Translations under genes and position numbers: made by a program
Shown here: in pieces, positions 31,616 through 39,766 of the stretch
How the letters are laid out: each line of letters begins with the position of its first letter
How positions within the stretch are numbered: the stretch's first letter is position 1
Notes under the pieces: model-generated
Databases searched by the model: none
Seen by the model: only the letters and a program-made list of their open reading frames with translations
What the model was told of the DNA's origin: nothing
From: an uncultured Synechococcus sp.
GTDB taxonomy: Bacteria; Cyanobacteriota; Cyanobacteriia; PCC-6307; Cyanobiaceae
Direction of reading: 5' to 3'
Length of the DNA: 56,060 bases
Assembly (NCBI GenBank): GCA_913052185.1
Contig: CAJXFG010000001.1
Span: 1-56,060, forward strand

Positions 31616-32707
31616 ATGGGCTGGACTCTGCGTCGGTTTCCGCTCACCAAGGCCGTTCCACTGGCCATCAGCCGTGGCACCACATCAGCCGTGGAACGAC
31701 TGGAACTGTCACTGGAGCAAGACGGGATCACGGGTCGAGGGGAAACCGGGGGCCTGGATACGGGGCATCGCGCTTATGACCTGGAGAGCATCGAGGCGGA
31801 ACTGCAGGCCCTGCTGCCCGCTCTCCAACCGCTCGATCCCCATGATCGAGCCGCTGTTGCGCCCTTGCTCAGCAGCCTTTCGCCACCGGCACGTTGTGCG
31901 GTGGATCTGGCGCTCTGGGATTGGTGGGGACAGTTCTTGCAGCAACCCCTCTGGCGCCTGTTCTGCCTGGATGGACGCTGTGGCGTTGCCACCAGCGTCA
32001 CCCTTGGGCTGGCCTCGGTTGAGGGCGTCCAGCAGCGGCTCAACCGCTGGTGGGATCAACTGCCTGCCACCCGCATCAAGCTCAAGCTCGGCAGCCCTGA
32101 TGGCCTCGACCATGACCGAAGGCTGCTGCAGGCGGTGGCGTCAATGCTGCGCATCCGCACGCAGGAGACCGGTGTCGAGCATGAGCTGCAGGTGGATGCC
32201 AATGGCGGCTGGACCGTGCAGGAGGCGATGGTGATGCAGTCAGCTCTGGTGGCTGCCGACGTTGTGCTCCTGGAACAGCCGATCGCAGCAAAGGTCGATC
32301 CCCAGGAGGATCTGGATGGATTTGCGGCTCTACGCGCCCACTGCAGCCTGCCGCTCGTAGCCGATGAGAGCTGCTGGGGGTTGGAGGATCTGCTGCGGCT
32401 GGCGCCTCATGTGGATGCGGTCAACCTCAAACTGCTCAAAACAGGCGGATTAACAGAAGCCCTGTTGATGGCCAGAGTCGCCGGGCGTTTGGGACTGGAT
32501 CTGATGGTGGGCTGTTATTCAGACAGCGCGTTGCTCAATGGCGCAGCTTCGCAGCTGTTGTCGTTGATCCGCTGGCCTGATCTGGACAGCCACCTCAATT
32601 TGGTGGATGACCCCTATGTGGGCCTCCCTCTCCAGCAGGACAGATTGACTCCACCCTCAGGCCCTGGCCTTGGCATTCACCGCGCTGTCTTGTCTGATCA
32701 GGCTTGA
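31616..32707 (+). CDS. Enolase-superfamily dipeptide epimerase / possible N-acetyl-D-Glu racemase (DgcA-like)
   Basis: KLKLG, VDANGGW, EQP, ADES, NLKLLKTGG, DLD motifs. Confidence 0.88.
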   Translation: MGWTLRRFPLTKAVPLAISRGTTSAVERLELSLEQDGITGRGETGGLDTGHRAYDLESIEAELQALLPALQPLDPHDRAAVAPLLSSLSPPARCAVDLALWDWWGQFLQQPLWRLFCLDGRCGVATSVTLGLASVEGVQQRLNRWWDQLPATRIKLKLGSPDGLDHDRRLLQAVASMLRIRTQETGVEHELQVDANGGWTVQEAMVMQSALVAADVVLLEQPIAAKVDPQEDLDGFAALRAHCSLPLVADESCWGLEDLLRLAPHVDAVNLKLLKTGGLTEALLMARVAGRLGLDLMVGCYSDSALLNGAASQLLSLIRWPDLDSHLNLVDDPYVGLPLQQDRLTPPSGPGLGIHRAVLSDQA

Positions 32708-32735
32708 CGAGGAGGGTTCATTCCTCAAAGCCTTT

Positions 32736-32882
32736 TCAAGCGGTTTGATTGGACTCCTGCTCGGCAAGTTCCCGCAGATAACGGCGTCTTTGTGGTGACT
32801 CGTAGCCGGTGATCTGAAAGGTTTTGACAGGTTGGACAGACCTTCGCCACTCCCTGTGGGGAGCAATTTCTCTTCGATTCAT
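32736..32882 (-). CDS. Putative 48-aa small protein
   Basis: Hand translation MNRREIAPHREWRRSVQPVKTFQITGYESPQRRRYLRELAEQESNQTA; below the ORF-track cutoff. Confidence 0.45.
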   Translation of the reverse strand: MNRREIAPHREWRRSVQPVKTFQITGYESPQRRRYLRELAEQESNQTA

Positions 32883-33028
32883 TGGGATTCGACTTATCGG
32901 TTCTCGCGCAGTGGACCCTTCAGGGTTCTTCGGCGTTTTTTAATTATCGCATAATTTTTAAATTTCTGCATTGAGCTGCTGTTTGTCGCAGCCGTGCAGC
33001 GCTGATTTTGCGCGTCATTGGTGATGCG

Positions 33029-33229
33029 ATGTTGCTGCTGCACACCGAAGGTTTGGGCGTCTCCCTTGATTCTGTCCATGCTGATGGAGCTGAAACGTCT
33101 CGATACCTGCTCAAGGCTGGGCAGGCCTCAACCACTTCAGGTCGCCGTGGACTGATCAATGACGCCATCGCGTTCGCGCATGCATCAGCTGGACAATGTT
33201 GTCATTCAGGATGCACGCCGCACCACTGA
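33029..33229 (+). CDS. Putative 66-aa small protein with Cys/His tail
   Basis: ATG ORF ending QCCHSGCTPHH, downstream of an AT-rich tract. Confidence 0.45.
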   Translation: MLLLHTEGLGVSLDSVHADGAETSRYLLKAGQASTTSGRRGLINDAIAFAHASAGQCCHSGCTPHH

Positions 33230-33259
33230 CTGGGCGGCTTGATCTCTTGAACGATCTGT

Positions 33260-33355
33260 TCAGAAGCCGGCAAGATGAAGCAGGGTCTCAAGTGCAGCCA
33301 GGCCAAGCAGGAACGTTGCGCCGAGAAAACTTGCCTCTTTCAGTCCTTTGGACAT
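33260..33355 (-). CDS. Putative 31-aa single-TM microprotein
   Basis: Hand translation MSKGLKEASFLGATFLLGLAALETLLHLAGF; GGGGGT RBS-like element upstream. Confidence 0.55.
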   Translation of the reverse strand: MSKGLKEASFLGATFLLGLAALETLLHLAGF

Positions 33356-33747
33356 GAGCACTACCCCCAGAAACAACGAAGGCTTCTGAAGAGAACCTTA
33401 ATCAGAAGTGTGGGGTGAAAGTTCTCAAAACACAAAACTATTTTTTACCTGTCAATAACAATCAAGTTTCTACGACGTTCTGTGATATTCGCGCGTCAAA
33501 CCGGCCTTTTTGGTTGCCAGTGACACAAAAAATCGTGACTTTTCGTGGATTTGATTGTGTTTTGTTGCGCGGGTTCAATGTGTATTGGATCAGCAATCGA
33601 CGTGCTGTTCGCGTCGTATGAGGGTCCGGCTTCAGCGCTCCCCGTTCCGGAGTGCGTGCGGCTCCACGGGCGTTGCTAGATCCATGGTCAGGGGCGACTG
33701 ATGCATCGCCCGCTCACTTGTGGGGGCACTGCTTGAGTCTCGAATCC

Positions 33748-34824
33748 ATGACGCAGTCACCTTCAGGATTCGCTGCAATGCCGCTGGTGCTGATGCAGCA
33801 CGGAGGGTTGGCGTCTCTCACCGGCAAAACGGGACTGGCGATGTTGCGCCATCGGCAGGGTCCCATCGTGGCCGTCATCGACCCTGACCATGCCGGCCAG
33901 CGGCTGGATCTCGTCACAGGGATTGCCAGGCATGTGCCTGTCGTTCGCAATCTGGCCGAAGCGTTGGTTCACGGGCCAGCCGTGGCGGTGATCGGTCTGG
34001 CTCCCTCGGGAGGTGTTCTGCCCGATGCCATGCGGGCGGATGTGTTGGCTGCGCTCAAAGCCGGCCTGTCTCTCGCTAGTGGACTGCACACCTATTTGAA
34101 CGAAGATCCGGAGCTGCGAGCTGCTCTGCAACCCGGTCGCTGGATCTGGGACCTTCGCCGTGAGCCGGCAGGGCTCGGCGTTGGGCAGGCCCGTGCGGCG
34201 ACGCTCTCCTGTCAACGGATCCTGGCTGTGGGGACGGATATGGCTGTCGGCAAGATGAGTGCCTGTCTGGCTGTGCATGAAGCCGCCTGTCGTGCGGGAG
34301 TCCCCGCGGCGTTCGTGGGCACCGGTCAGGCAGGCATCCTGATCAGTGGCCGTGGGGTCCCGCTGGATGCTGTCCGGGTTGATTTCGCAGCAGGTGCCGT
34401 GGAGGCAGAAGTGCTGTCAGCGGCGGAGACGCTGCCGCAGAAGGGACTCGTTCTTGTGGAGGGTCAGGGGTCGCTCTGCCATCCAGGATCCAGTGCCACG
34501 CTGCCTTTGCTGAGGGGCAGTCAGCCAACGGCTCTGATGATGGTGCATCGTGCCCGGCAGACGACCATTGAGCGACTGCCTGCCATCCCTCTGCCGTCGC
34601 TGGAGGAGCTGGTGGCGATCTGCGAATCATTGGCTGCGATCGCACGACCTGCCGGCGGTTCTGCCGCTCCGAAGGTGAGGGCATTGGCGCTGAACACGGC
34701 TCGGCTCAATCAATCGGAGGCGTCCGATGTGGTTGATGAGCTCAGTGATCGTCTTGGGGTGGTGTGCAGGGATCCCATCCGGCATGGAGCGGAGGAATTG
34801 CTACAGGCGCTCCTGGCTCCCTAA
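33748..34824 (+). CDS. DUF1611 protein (possible D-Glu N-acetyltransferase, DgcN-like)
   Basis: GKTGLAMLR, SGLH, GTDMAVGKM, GTGQAGI, VEGQGSL. Confidence 0.88.
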   Translation: MTQSPSGFAAMPLVLMQHGGLASLTGKTGLAMLRHRQGPIVAVIDPDHAGQRLDLVTGIARHVPVVRNLAEALVHGPAVAVIGLAPSGGVLPDAMRADVLAALKAGLSLASGLHTYLNEDPELRAALQPGRWIWDLRREPAGLGVGQARAATLSCQRILAVGTDMAVGKMSACLAVHEAACRAGVPAAFVGTGQAGILISGRGVPLDAVRVDFAAGAVEAEVLSAAETLPQKGLVLVEGQGSLCHPGSSATLPLLRGSQPTALMMVHRARQTTIERLPAIPLPSLEELVAICESLAAIARPAGGSAAPKVRALALNTARLNQSEASDVVDELSDRLGVVCRDPIRHGAEELLQALLAP

Positions 34825-34850
34825 CAGCAAGCCTGATGAAAAGGTGAAAG

Positions 34851-34923
34851 GGCGAGCGAGGGGATTCGAACCCCCGAATAGCGGCGCCACAAGCCGCTGC
34901 CTTAACCACTTGGCGACGCCCGC
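34851..34923 (-). tRNA. tRNA-His(GTG)
   Basis: Reverse complement gives GCGGGCG...GCGGCTTGTGGCGCCGC...GGTTCGAATCC; G-1 at 34924 and C73. Confidence 0.96.
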
Positions 34924-34967
34924 CGCGTCGGTAAGAATCTACCAATTCGCCCCGCACTTCCACCGGC

Positions 34968-35396
34968 ATGACTTCGCCTCGTCGGCGCTGGCCTTCAGCG
35001 ACTGCTGCTGCGTCTGTGTTGGTGGTGGCAGGAAGTGGAGCAGCGCTGTTCTTGACCAATCCCACCAGAGAGGATTACGGGGCTTTTGCCGGGCAAACCT
35101 TGGTGAAACTGGCCACTGAGGAGATCTGCGAGCGTCAGACCCTGCCGTTGGTGCTGCAGCTGTGGATCAGTGACTGTCCCCGCCTGATCGCCGATCAGGA
35201 GCAGTCTCTGGCCTTGCTGGCCGACCAGTTCACCCGTCGCTGGAATGTCGGCCTGGCCAGTGTGTATGTGACCGAAGTTGGAGGTCAGAACCTGCTCCCT
35301 GCCCTGCGCTTACCGCGTTACACCGTCACCAGCCTGGCCATCGCCGGTCAGTTTCTGGTGCTCAATGCCCATTCGGAACCCGGCAAGCTCGAATGA
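34968..35396 (+). CDS. DUF4359-like protein
   Basis: Hydrophobic N-terminus followed by TNPTREDY; TRRWN...SVY. Confidence 0.75.
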   Translation: MTSPRRRWPSATAAASVLVVAGSGAALFLTNPTREDYGAFAGQTLVKLATEEICERQTLPLVLQLWISDCPRLIADQEQSLALLADQFTRRWNVGLASVYVTEVGGQNLLPALRLPRYTVTSLAIAGQFLVLNAHSEPGKLE

Positions 35397-36649
35397 GCAC
35401 ATCCGGCGGCGCTTTCGCATCAGGTGAGCTGAGAGCTCGTTGTCCTCGTTCGCTTCTGGATCTGGGGTCGGATCCGCTGCCAAGGGCTGGTGTCGATGGC
35501 CTGGTGCCCGTGGTTCTTGCCTGGGCAGACCGCAGGATTCAGTCGGTGAGGCCTGCCTCTGAGGCCACAGGATTGGTGTTGCCCCGACTGGTGGAACCCC
35601 ATGCCCACCTCGACAAGGCGTTCACCTGGAATGATCACCCCAATCCGGCTGGAACGTACGACGAGGCCCTTGCGGCCAACTTCCGGGAGCATGAGACCCG
35701 AACGGCGGAGCGGGTGCAGCAGCGCGGGGAGCGCGCTCTGAAACTGGCCTGGATGCATGGTCTGCGGGCCGTGCGCAGCCACATCGACAGCCTCGGCCCC
35801 GGTGCCAATTGCAGCTGGGAGGTGCTGTCGGATTTACGCCGCTGTTGGCGTGACCGTGTTGAGCTGCAGTTTGTGGCTCTGGTGCCGCTTGAGCACTGGT
35901 CCACCCCTGATGGTGAACACCTGGCTACCGCTGTGGCCCAGACCAATGGTGTGCTCGGTGGTGTGCTCGCGCCTCCCTGCAGAGGACGTGCGACGCGACG
36001 GGCTCTGCGCCGTCTCTTGGAGCTGGCGGATCAGAACGGCTGTCCTGTGGATCTGCATATCGACGAAGCGGCTTCCCATCCAGCAGCCGGCATGCGTCAG
36101 TTGCTGCGTGTGCTCGAAAGCATGAGCATTTCTGTGCCGGTCACCTGCAGCCATGCCAGCAGCCTGTCGCTGCTGTCAGCGGGATCACTGCAGCGGCTGG
36201 CAACCCGAATGGCCCGACAGGAGCTTCAGGTGGTGGCCTTGCCGCTCACCAATGGATGGTTGCTTGGGCACCGCGATCACGAGACACCTCTGCGCCGGCC
36301 TCTGGCGCCGATTCGTCAGCTGCAGCGGGCAGGCGTTGTTGTGGCTGTCGGTGGTGACAACGTTCAGGATCCCTGGTTCCCAGGAGGACAGCTCGATCCT
36401 CTGGCTCTGATGGCCATGAGTCTTCCCCTTGCCCAGCTGGCGCCCTGGACTGACCATGGACTGAGGCCCTTCGGCATTGATGCGTCTCGGCTGATGGGAC
36501 TGGACTGGGATGGGCGGCTGCGTGCCGGTGCACCGGCGGATCTGATTCATCTGCCCGATGGAGGCTGGCCGGAATTGCTGGCGATGGCATCCCAACGCCG
36601 CGTTCTTGCCGGTGGACATTGGGTGCAGGATTGGGCATCAAGCCTTTAA
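35393..36649 (+). CDS. Cytosine-deaminase-like amidohydrolase
   Basis: EPHAHLDK, RSHID, HIDE, GGDNVQDPW. Confidence 0.88.
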   Translation: MSTSGGAFASGELRARCPRSLLDLGSDPLPRAGVDGLVPVVLAWADRRIQSVRPASEATGLVLPRLVEPHAHLDKAFTWNDHPNPAGTYDEALAANFREHETRTAERVQQRGERALKLAWMHGLRAVRSHIDSLGPGANCSWEVLSDLRRCWRDRVELQFVALVPLEHWSTPDGEHLATAVAQTNGVLGGVLAPPCRGRATRRALRRLLELADQNGCPVDLHIDEAASHPAAGMRQLLRVLESMSISVPVTCSHASSLSLLSAGSLQRLATRMARQELQVVALPLTNGWLLGHRDHETPLRRPLAPIRQLQRAGVVVAVGGDNVQDPWFPGGQLDPLALMAMSLPLAQLAPWTDHGLRPFGIDASRLMGLDWDGRLRAGAPADLIHLPDGGWPELLAMASQRRVLAGGHWVQDWASSL

Positions 36650-36658
36650 AACCAACAG

Positions 36659-37990
36659 ATGCTTCCCGATCCCCTGCGAACTGAGCTGGCGGCAGTGCCC
36701 GGCCTCCGGCTGCTTACGCAGCCGGAGGAGCTGGAGCGGTTTTCCCGTGATGCGTATGACTACTCGCCAGTGCTGCAGAAGCGCTTGGCTCATTGCCGCG
36801 CGGAGCTGGTGGTCAGGCCGGAAACGGTTGAAGCGGTTGTGCGCGTGGCGGCAGCCTGTAGGCGCCATGCCGTGCCCCTGACCCTGCGCGGATCAGGCAC
36901 GGGCAATTACGGCCAGTCGGTCCCCCTTGAGTCTGGCGTGGTGATGCTGATGACCCAGCTGCGGGCGGTGCGATCCATTGATCAGGCCACTGGGGTCGCC
37001 GTGGTTGAGAGTGGTTGTCTGCTGAAGGATCTCAACCGGGAGCTGTCCGGGTTTGGGCGTCAGCTTCGGCTGATGCCGAGCACCTGGCGCAGTGCCACGA
37101 TCGGTGGCTTCATCGCTGGTGGCTCAGGCGGCATCGGCTCCGTGCGCTGGGGCTTTCTTCGCGATCCGGGCCACCTTCTCGGCCTGGAGGTGGTGACGAT
37201 TGACGAGGATCCACGGGTTCTGCAGCTCGACGCCAGTGATGCCGAGGCGTTGAACCATGCCTACGGCACCAACGGCATCATCACGGCTCTGCGGCTGGCC
37301 ACGGCAATCAGTGTTGACTGGCAGGAGGTGGTGGTGGATTGCCCGGACTGGAGAACGGCTGTTGATCTGGCAAGACGCTGCAGTTCAGCGGCCATTGACC
37401 TGCATCTCTGCACTGTTCTTGAGGCCGCTGTGGTGGAGATGCTGCCGAGCTGGGACCTGCCTCGTCGCAGCGCAGATCGCCTGCTGCTGCTGGTGGCTCC
37501 CGATGCTGTGAGCACTGTTCAGCGGCTTGCCTCGGACCTGGGTGCCGAACTGACGCACCTCGGCGCGGAAGCCGCCCGCCATGGCAGCGGTCTGCGCGAG
37601 CTGAGCTGGAATCACACCACCCTGCATCTGCGTCAGCGAGACCCTGAATGGACCTACCTGCAGATGCTGCTTCCGCAACCGGAGATGCACTGTCTGGACA
37701 TGCTCAAGCGGTCCTGGGGTGATGATCTGCTCTGGCACCTGGAGGGTGTTCGTCAGCAGGGAGTTCAGCGAATCGCAGCGCTTCCCCTGGTGCGCTGGCG
37801 TGGGGAGGAAGCACTTGAGCAATTGATGCAGCAGTGCCGTGATCTCGGTGCACTGATCTTCAATCCCCACGTGCTCACCGTGGAAGGCGGAGGGCTCGGT
37901 GTGGTGGATGCCGATCAGGTGGCCACCAAGCACCGTTACGACCCTGCTGGTCTGCTCAATCCAGGAAAGCTTGGGGGCTTCAGCAACTGA
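36659..37990 (+). CDS. FAD-binding oxidoreductase (VAO/GlcD family)
   Basis: RGSGTGNYGQ, ATIGGFIAGG, GTNGII, DPAGLLNPGK. Confidence 0.9.
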   Translation: MLPDPLRTELAAVPGLRLLTQPEELERFSRDAYDYSPVLQKRLAHCRAELVVRPETVEAVVRVAAACRRHAVPLTLRGSGTGNYGQSVPLESGVVMLMTQLRAVRSIDQATGVAVVESGCLLKDLNRELSGFGRQLRLMPSTWRSATIGGFIAGGSGGIGSVRWGFLRDPGHLLGLEVVTIDEDPRVLQLDASDAEALNHAYGTNGIITALRLATAISVDWQEVVVDCPDWRTAVDLARRCSSAAIDLHLCTVLEAAVVEMLPSWDLPRRSADRLLLLVAPDAVSTVQRLASDLGAELTHLGAEAARHGSGLRELSWNHTTLHLRQRDPEWTYLQMLLPQPEMHCLDMLKRSWGDDLLWHLEGVRQQGVQRIAALPLVRWRGEEALEQLMQQCRDLGALIFNPHVLTVEGGGLGVVDADQVATKHRYDPAGLLNPGKLGGFSN

Positions 37991-38507
37991 GGCTGTCACG
38001 GGTGGCGACACCCGTGGTGGGATTGACCCCTTCAGCGACCTGGCAGAGCCGGCGTTGATCATCGCGATCCAGCAGCGCATCGCTGAAGTCGGCGCCCTCC
38101 ACATCCGCTCCGGCAAAGCTGCTGCCGGCAGCAATCACACCGATCAGCAGGGCATCGCGCAGATCCGTGCGTGTGAAATCTGCCCTGTCCATCAGTGCAT
38201 CGCTGAGATCAGCTCCATGGAAGTCAGCCTCGGCGAAGGCACCTTGCGTGAAGATGGCTCCATGCAGGTTGGCGCCGCTGAAATCAGCACCACGGCCTAC
38301 CGCACCGGCGAACGACGTATTGGTGAGCTGTTGGTCGTGAAAATCACCATCGCTCTGATTGGTGAGTGTGTAGTCCACCCGTTCCTGAAACAGGGCCTTG
38401 TCCTGCAGGCCCACTCCAGCAGAGGTGTCCAGGGCCAGGACTGTTGGCGGCGTCAGCCAGGTGATGACAAGGGCGAGTGCGGCAAGCAGCTTCAGCAGCG
38501 ATCTCAT
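37980..38507 (-). CDS. Exported/lumenal pentapeptide repeat protein
   Basis: Signal peptide plus ADFSG/ANLHG/ADLSD repeats; terminal TRDSLSC. Confidence 0.9.
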   Translation of the reverse strand: MRSLLKLLAALALVITWLTPPTVLALDTSAGVGLQDKALFQERVDYTLTNQSDGDFHDQQLTNTSFAGAVGRGADFSGANLHGAIFTQGAFAEADFHGADLSDALMDRADFTRTDLRDALLIGVIAAGSSFAGADVEGADFSDALLDRDDQRRLCQVAEGVNPTTGVATRDSLSC

Positions 38508-38530
38508 GGTGGAAGTGCGTGGCGTGGCGT

Positions 38531-39766
38531 TCACTCTGCCTCCAATGTGCCGTTTTCCAGCAGATGGCCGATCAGATAGAGGGATCCTGCGATCACCGGC
38601 GCGGACGCGGGCCAGCCCCGGTCCAGAAGTTGATCGAGCGCATCGGCAGCATTGTCGGCGGCTTTCAGCTGGTGCTCCTGCAGCGGCAGGGCTTGTTGCA
38701 GTTGCTCCACGCTCCAGCTGCGGTGTCCGGGCACCGGCACGATCCAGGCTTCATCGTTGGAGCCAAGCAGCTGTTGCAGCATCTCCGGCGCCTGTTTCTG
38801 GGACTGGATGGCCAGGATCCAGGTCTGCGCTGTTCCGCTCGATGACCAGGAGAGGCGTTCCCGTGCCAGCTCGGTGGCGGCGGGTGGGTTGTGGGCTCCG
38901 TCCACCCTCAGCCTCAGCCCCCGCCAACGCATCCATTGCAGTCGACCCGGCCAGCGTGCTGCAGCGAAGCCTTCACGGATGGCTTGGTTGGTGATCGCGT
39001 GATTCCTCGTACTCATCCACTGCAGGGCGGCGGCGGCCACGGCCCCATTGCGTTTCTGCCATGCACCGGGCAGCCCCAGCGTCCAGCTTGCGTCGAGAGC
39101 ATTCACCCACTGCAGTGTGCCGTTCATGTCGTTCACCCGTTGCTCGAGCACGGCCGCCACCTCGGGCTCCTGGGCTGCACTGATCACGTGTGCTCCCTCA
39201 CTGATGGCCGCCGCTTTTTCTGCAGCGATGGCGTCGAGACTGTCGCCCAGATGTTCGCGATGGTCCATGCCGACCGACGCCACAGCGATCAGGGGGCGAA
39301 AGCCATGGGCGGTCGTGGCATCCAGCCGGCCCCCTAGCCCGGCTTCGAGCACCAGCCAGTCGGGTTGATGCGTTTCAAAGTGAACCAGTGCCGAGCAGAT
39401 CAGCTGTTCAAAGGGTGTGAGGCGGCACTGTTCAACCACCGGTTGCAACCGCTCCAGCGTGGATCGCAAGGTCTTGAGGGTGATCAACTGATCGTTGACG
39501 CGAATGCGTTCACACCAGCTCACCAGGTGTGGAGAGGTGGTCATGCCGGAGCGCAGTCCCGCCGCCATCAAGCCGTGATGGATCAGACAGGCGATCGATC
39601 CCTTGCCGTTGGTGCCCACGATCTGAACAGCCGGAATGGCGCTGGCCGGTTGATGCAGCTGTTCGAGAGCGAGCCTCATCCTCTCCAGGGACAGATCCAT
39701 GCCACGCACATCGAAGCGCGGAAGCAGATCACTCAGCTCATCAGAGCCATGGCCAGGCCGCTTCAC
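38531..39766 (-). CDS. folC: Folylpolyglutamate/dihydrofolate synthase
   Basis: VGTNGKGS, TSPHL, EAGLGGRLDAT, DGAHN. Confidence 0.95.
   Translation of the reverse strand: MKRPGHGSDELSDLLPRFDVRGMDLSLERMRLALEQLHQPASAIPAVQIVGTNGKGSIACLIHHGLMAAGLRSGMTTSPHLVSWCERIRVNDQLITLKTLRSTLERLQPVVEQCRLTPFEQLICSALVHFETHQPDWLVLEAGLGGRLDATTAHGFRPLIAVASVGMDHREHLGDSLDAIAAEKAAAISEGAHVISAAQEPEVAAVLEQRVNDMNGTLQWVNALDASWTLGLPGAWQKRNGAVAAAALQWMSTRNHAITNQAIREGFAAARWPGRLQWMRWRGLRLRVDGAHNPPAATELARERLSWSSSGTAQTWILAIQSQKQAPEMLQQLLGSNDEAWIVPVPGHRSWSVEQLQQALPLQEHQLKAADNAADALDQLLDRGWPASAPVIAGSLYLIGHLLENGTLEAE

Noticed and set aside
33078-33242. Two tandem plus-strand micro-ORFs (25 and 27 aa)
   Set aside because: They overlap the longer 66-aa ORF in another frame and lack an RBS; cannot be favoured without data
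33415-33621. 68-aa plus-strand ORF
   Set aside because: Lies in an AT-rich promoter-like tract with a GTG start and atypical codons
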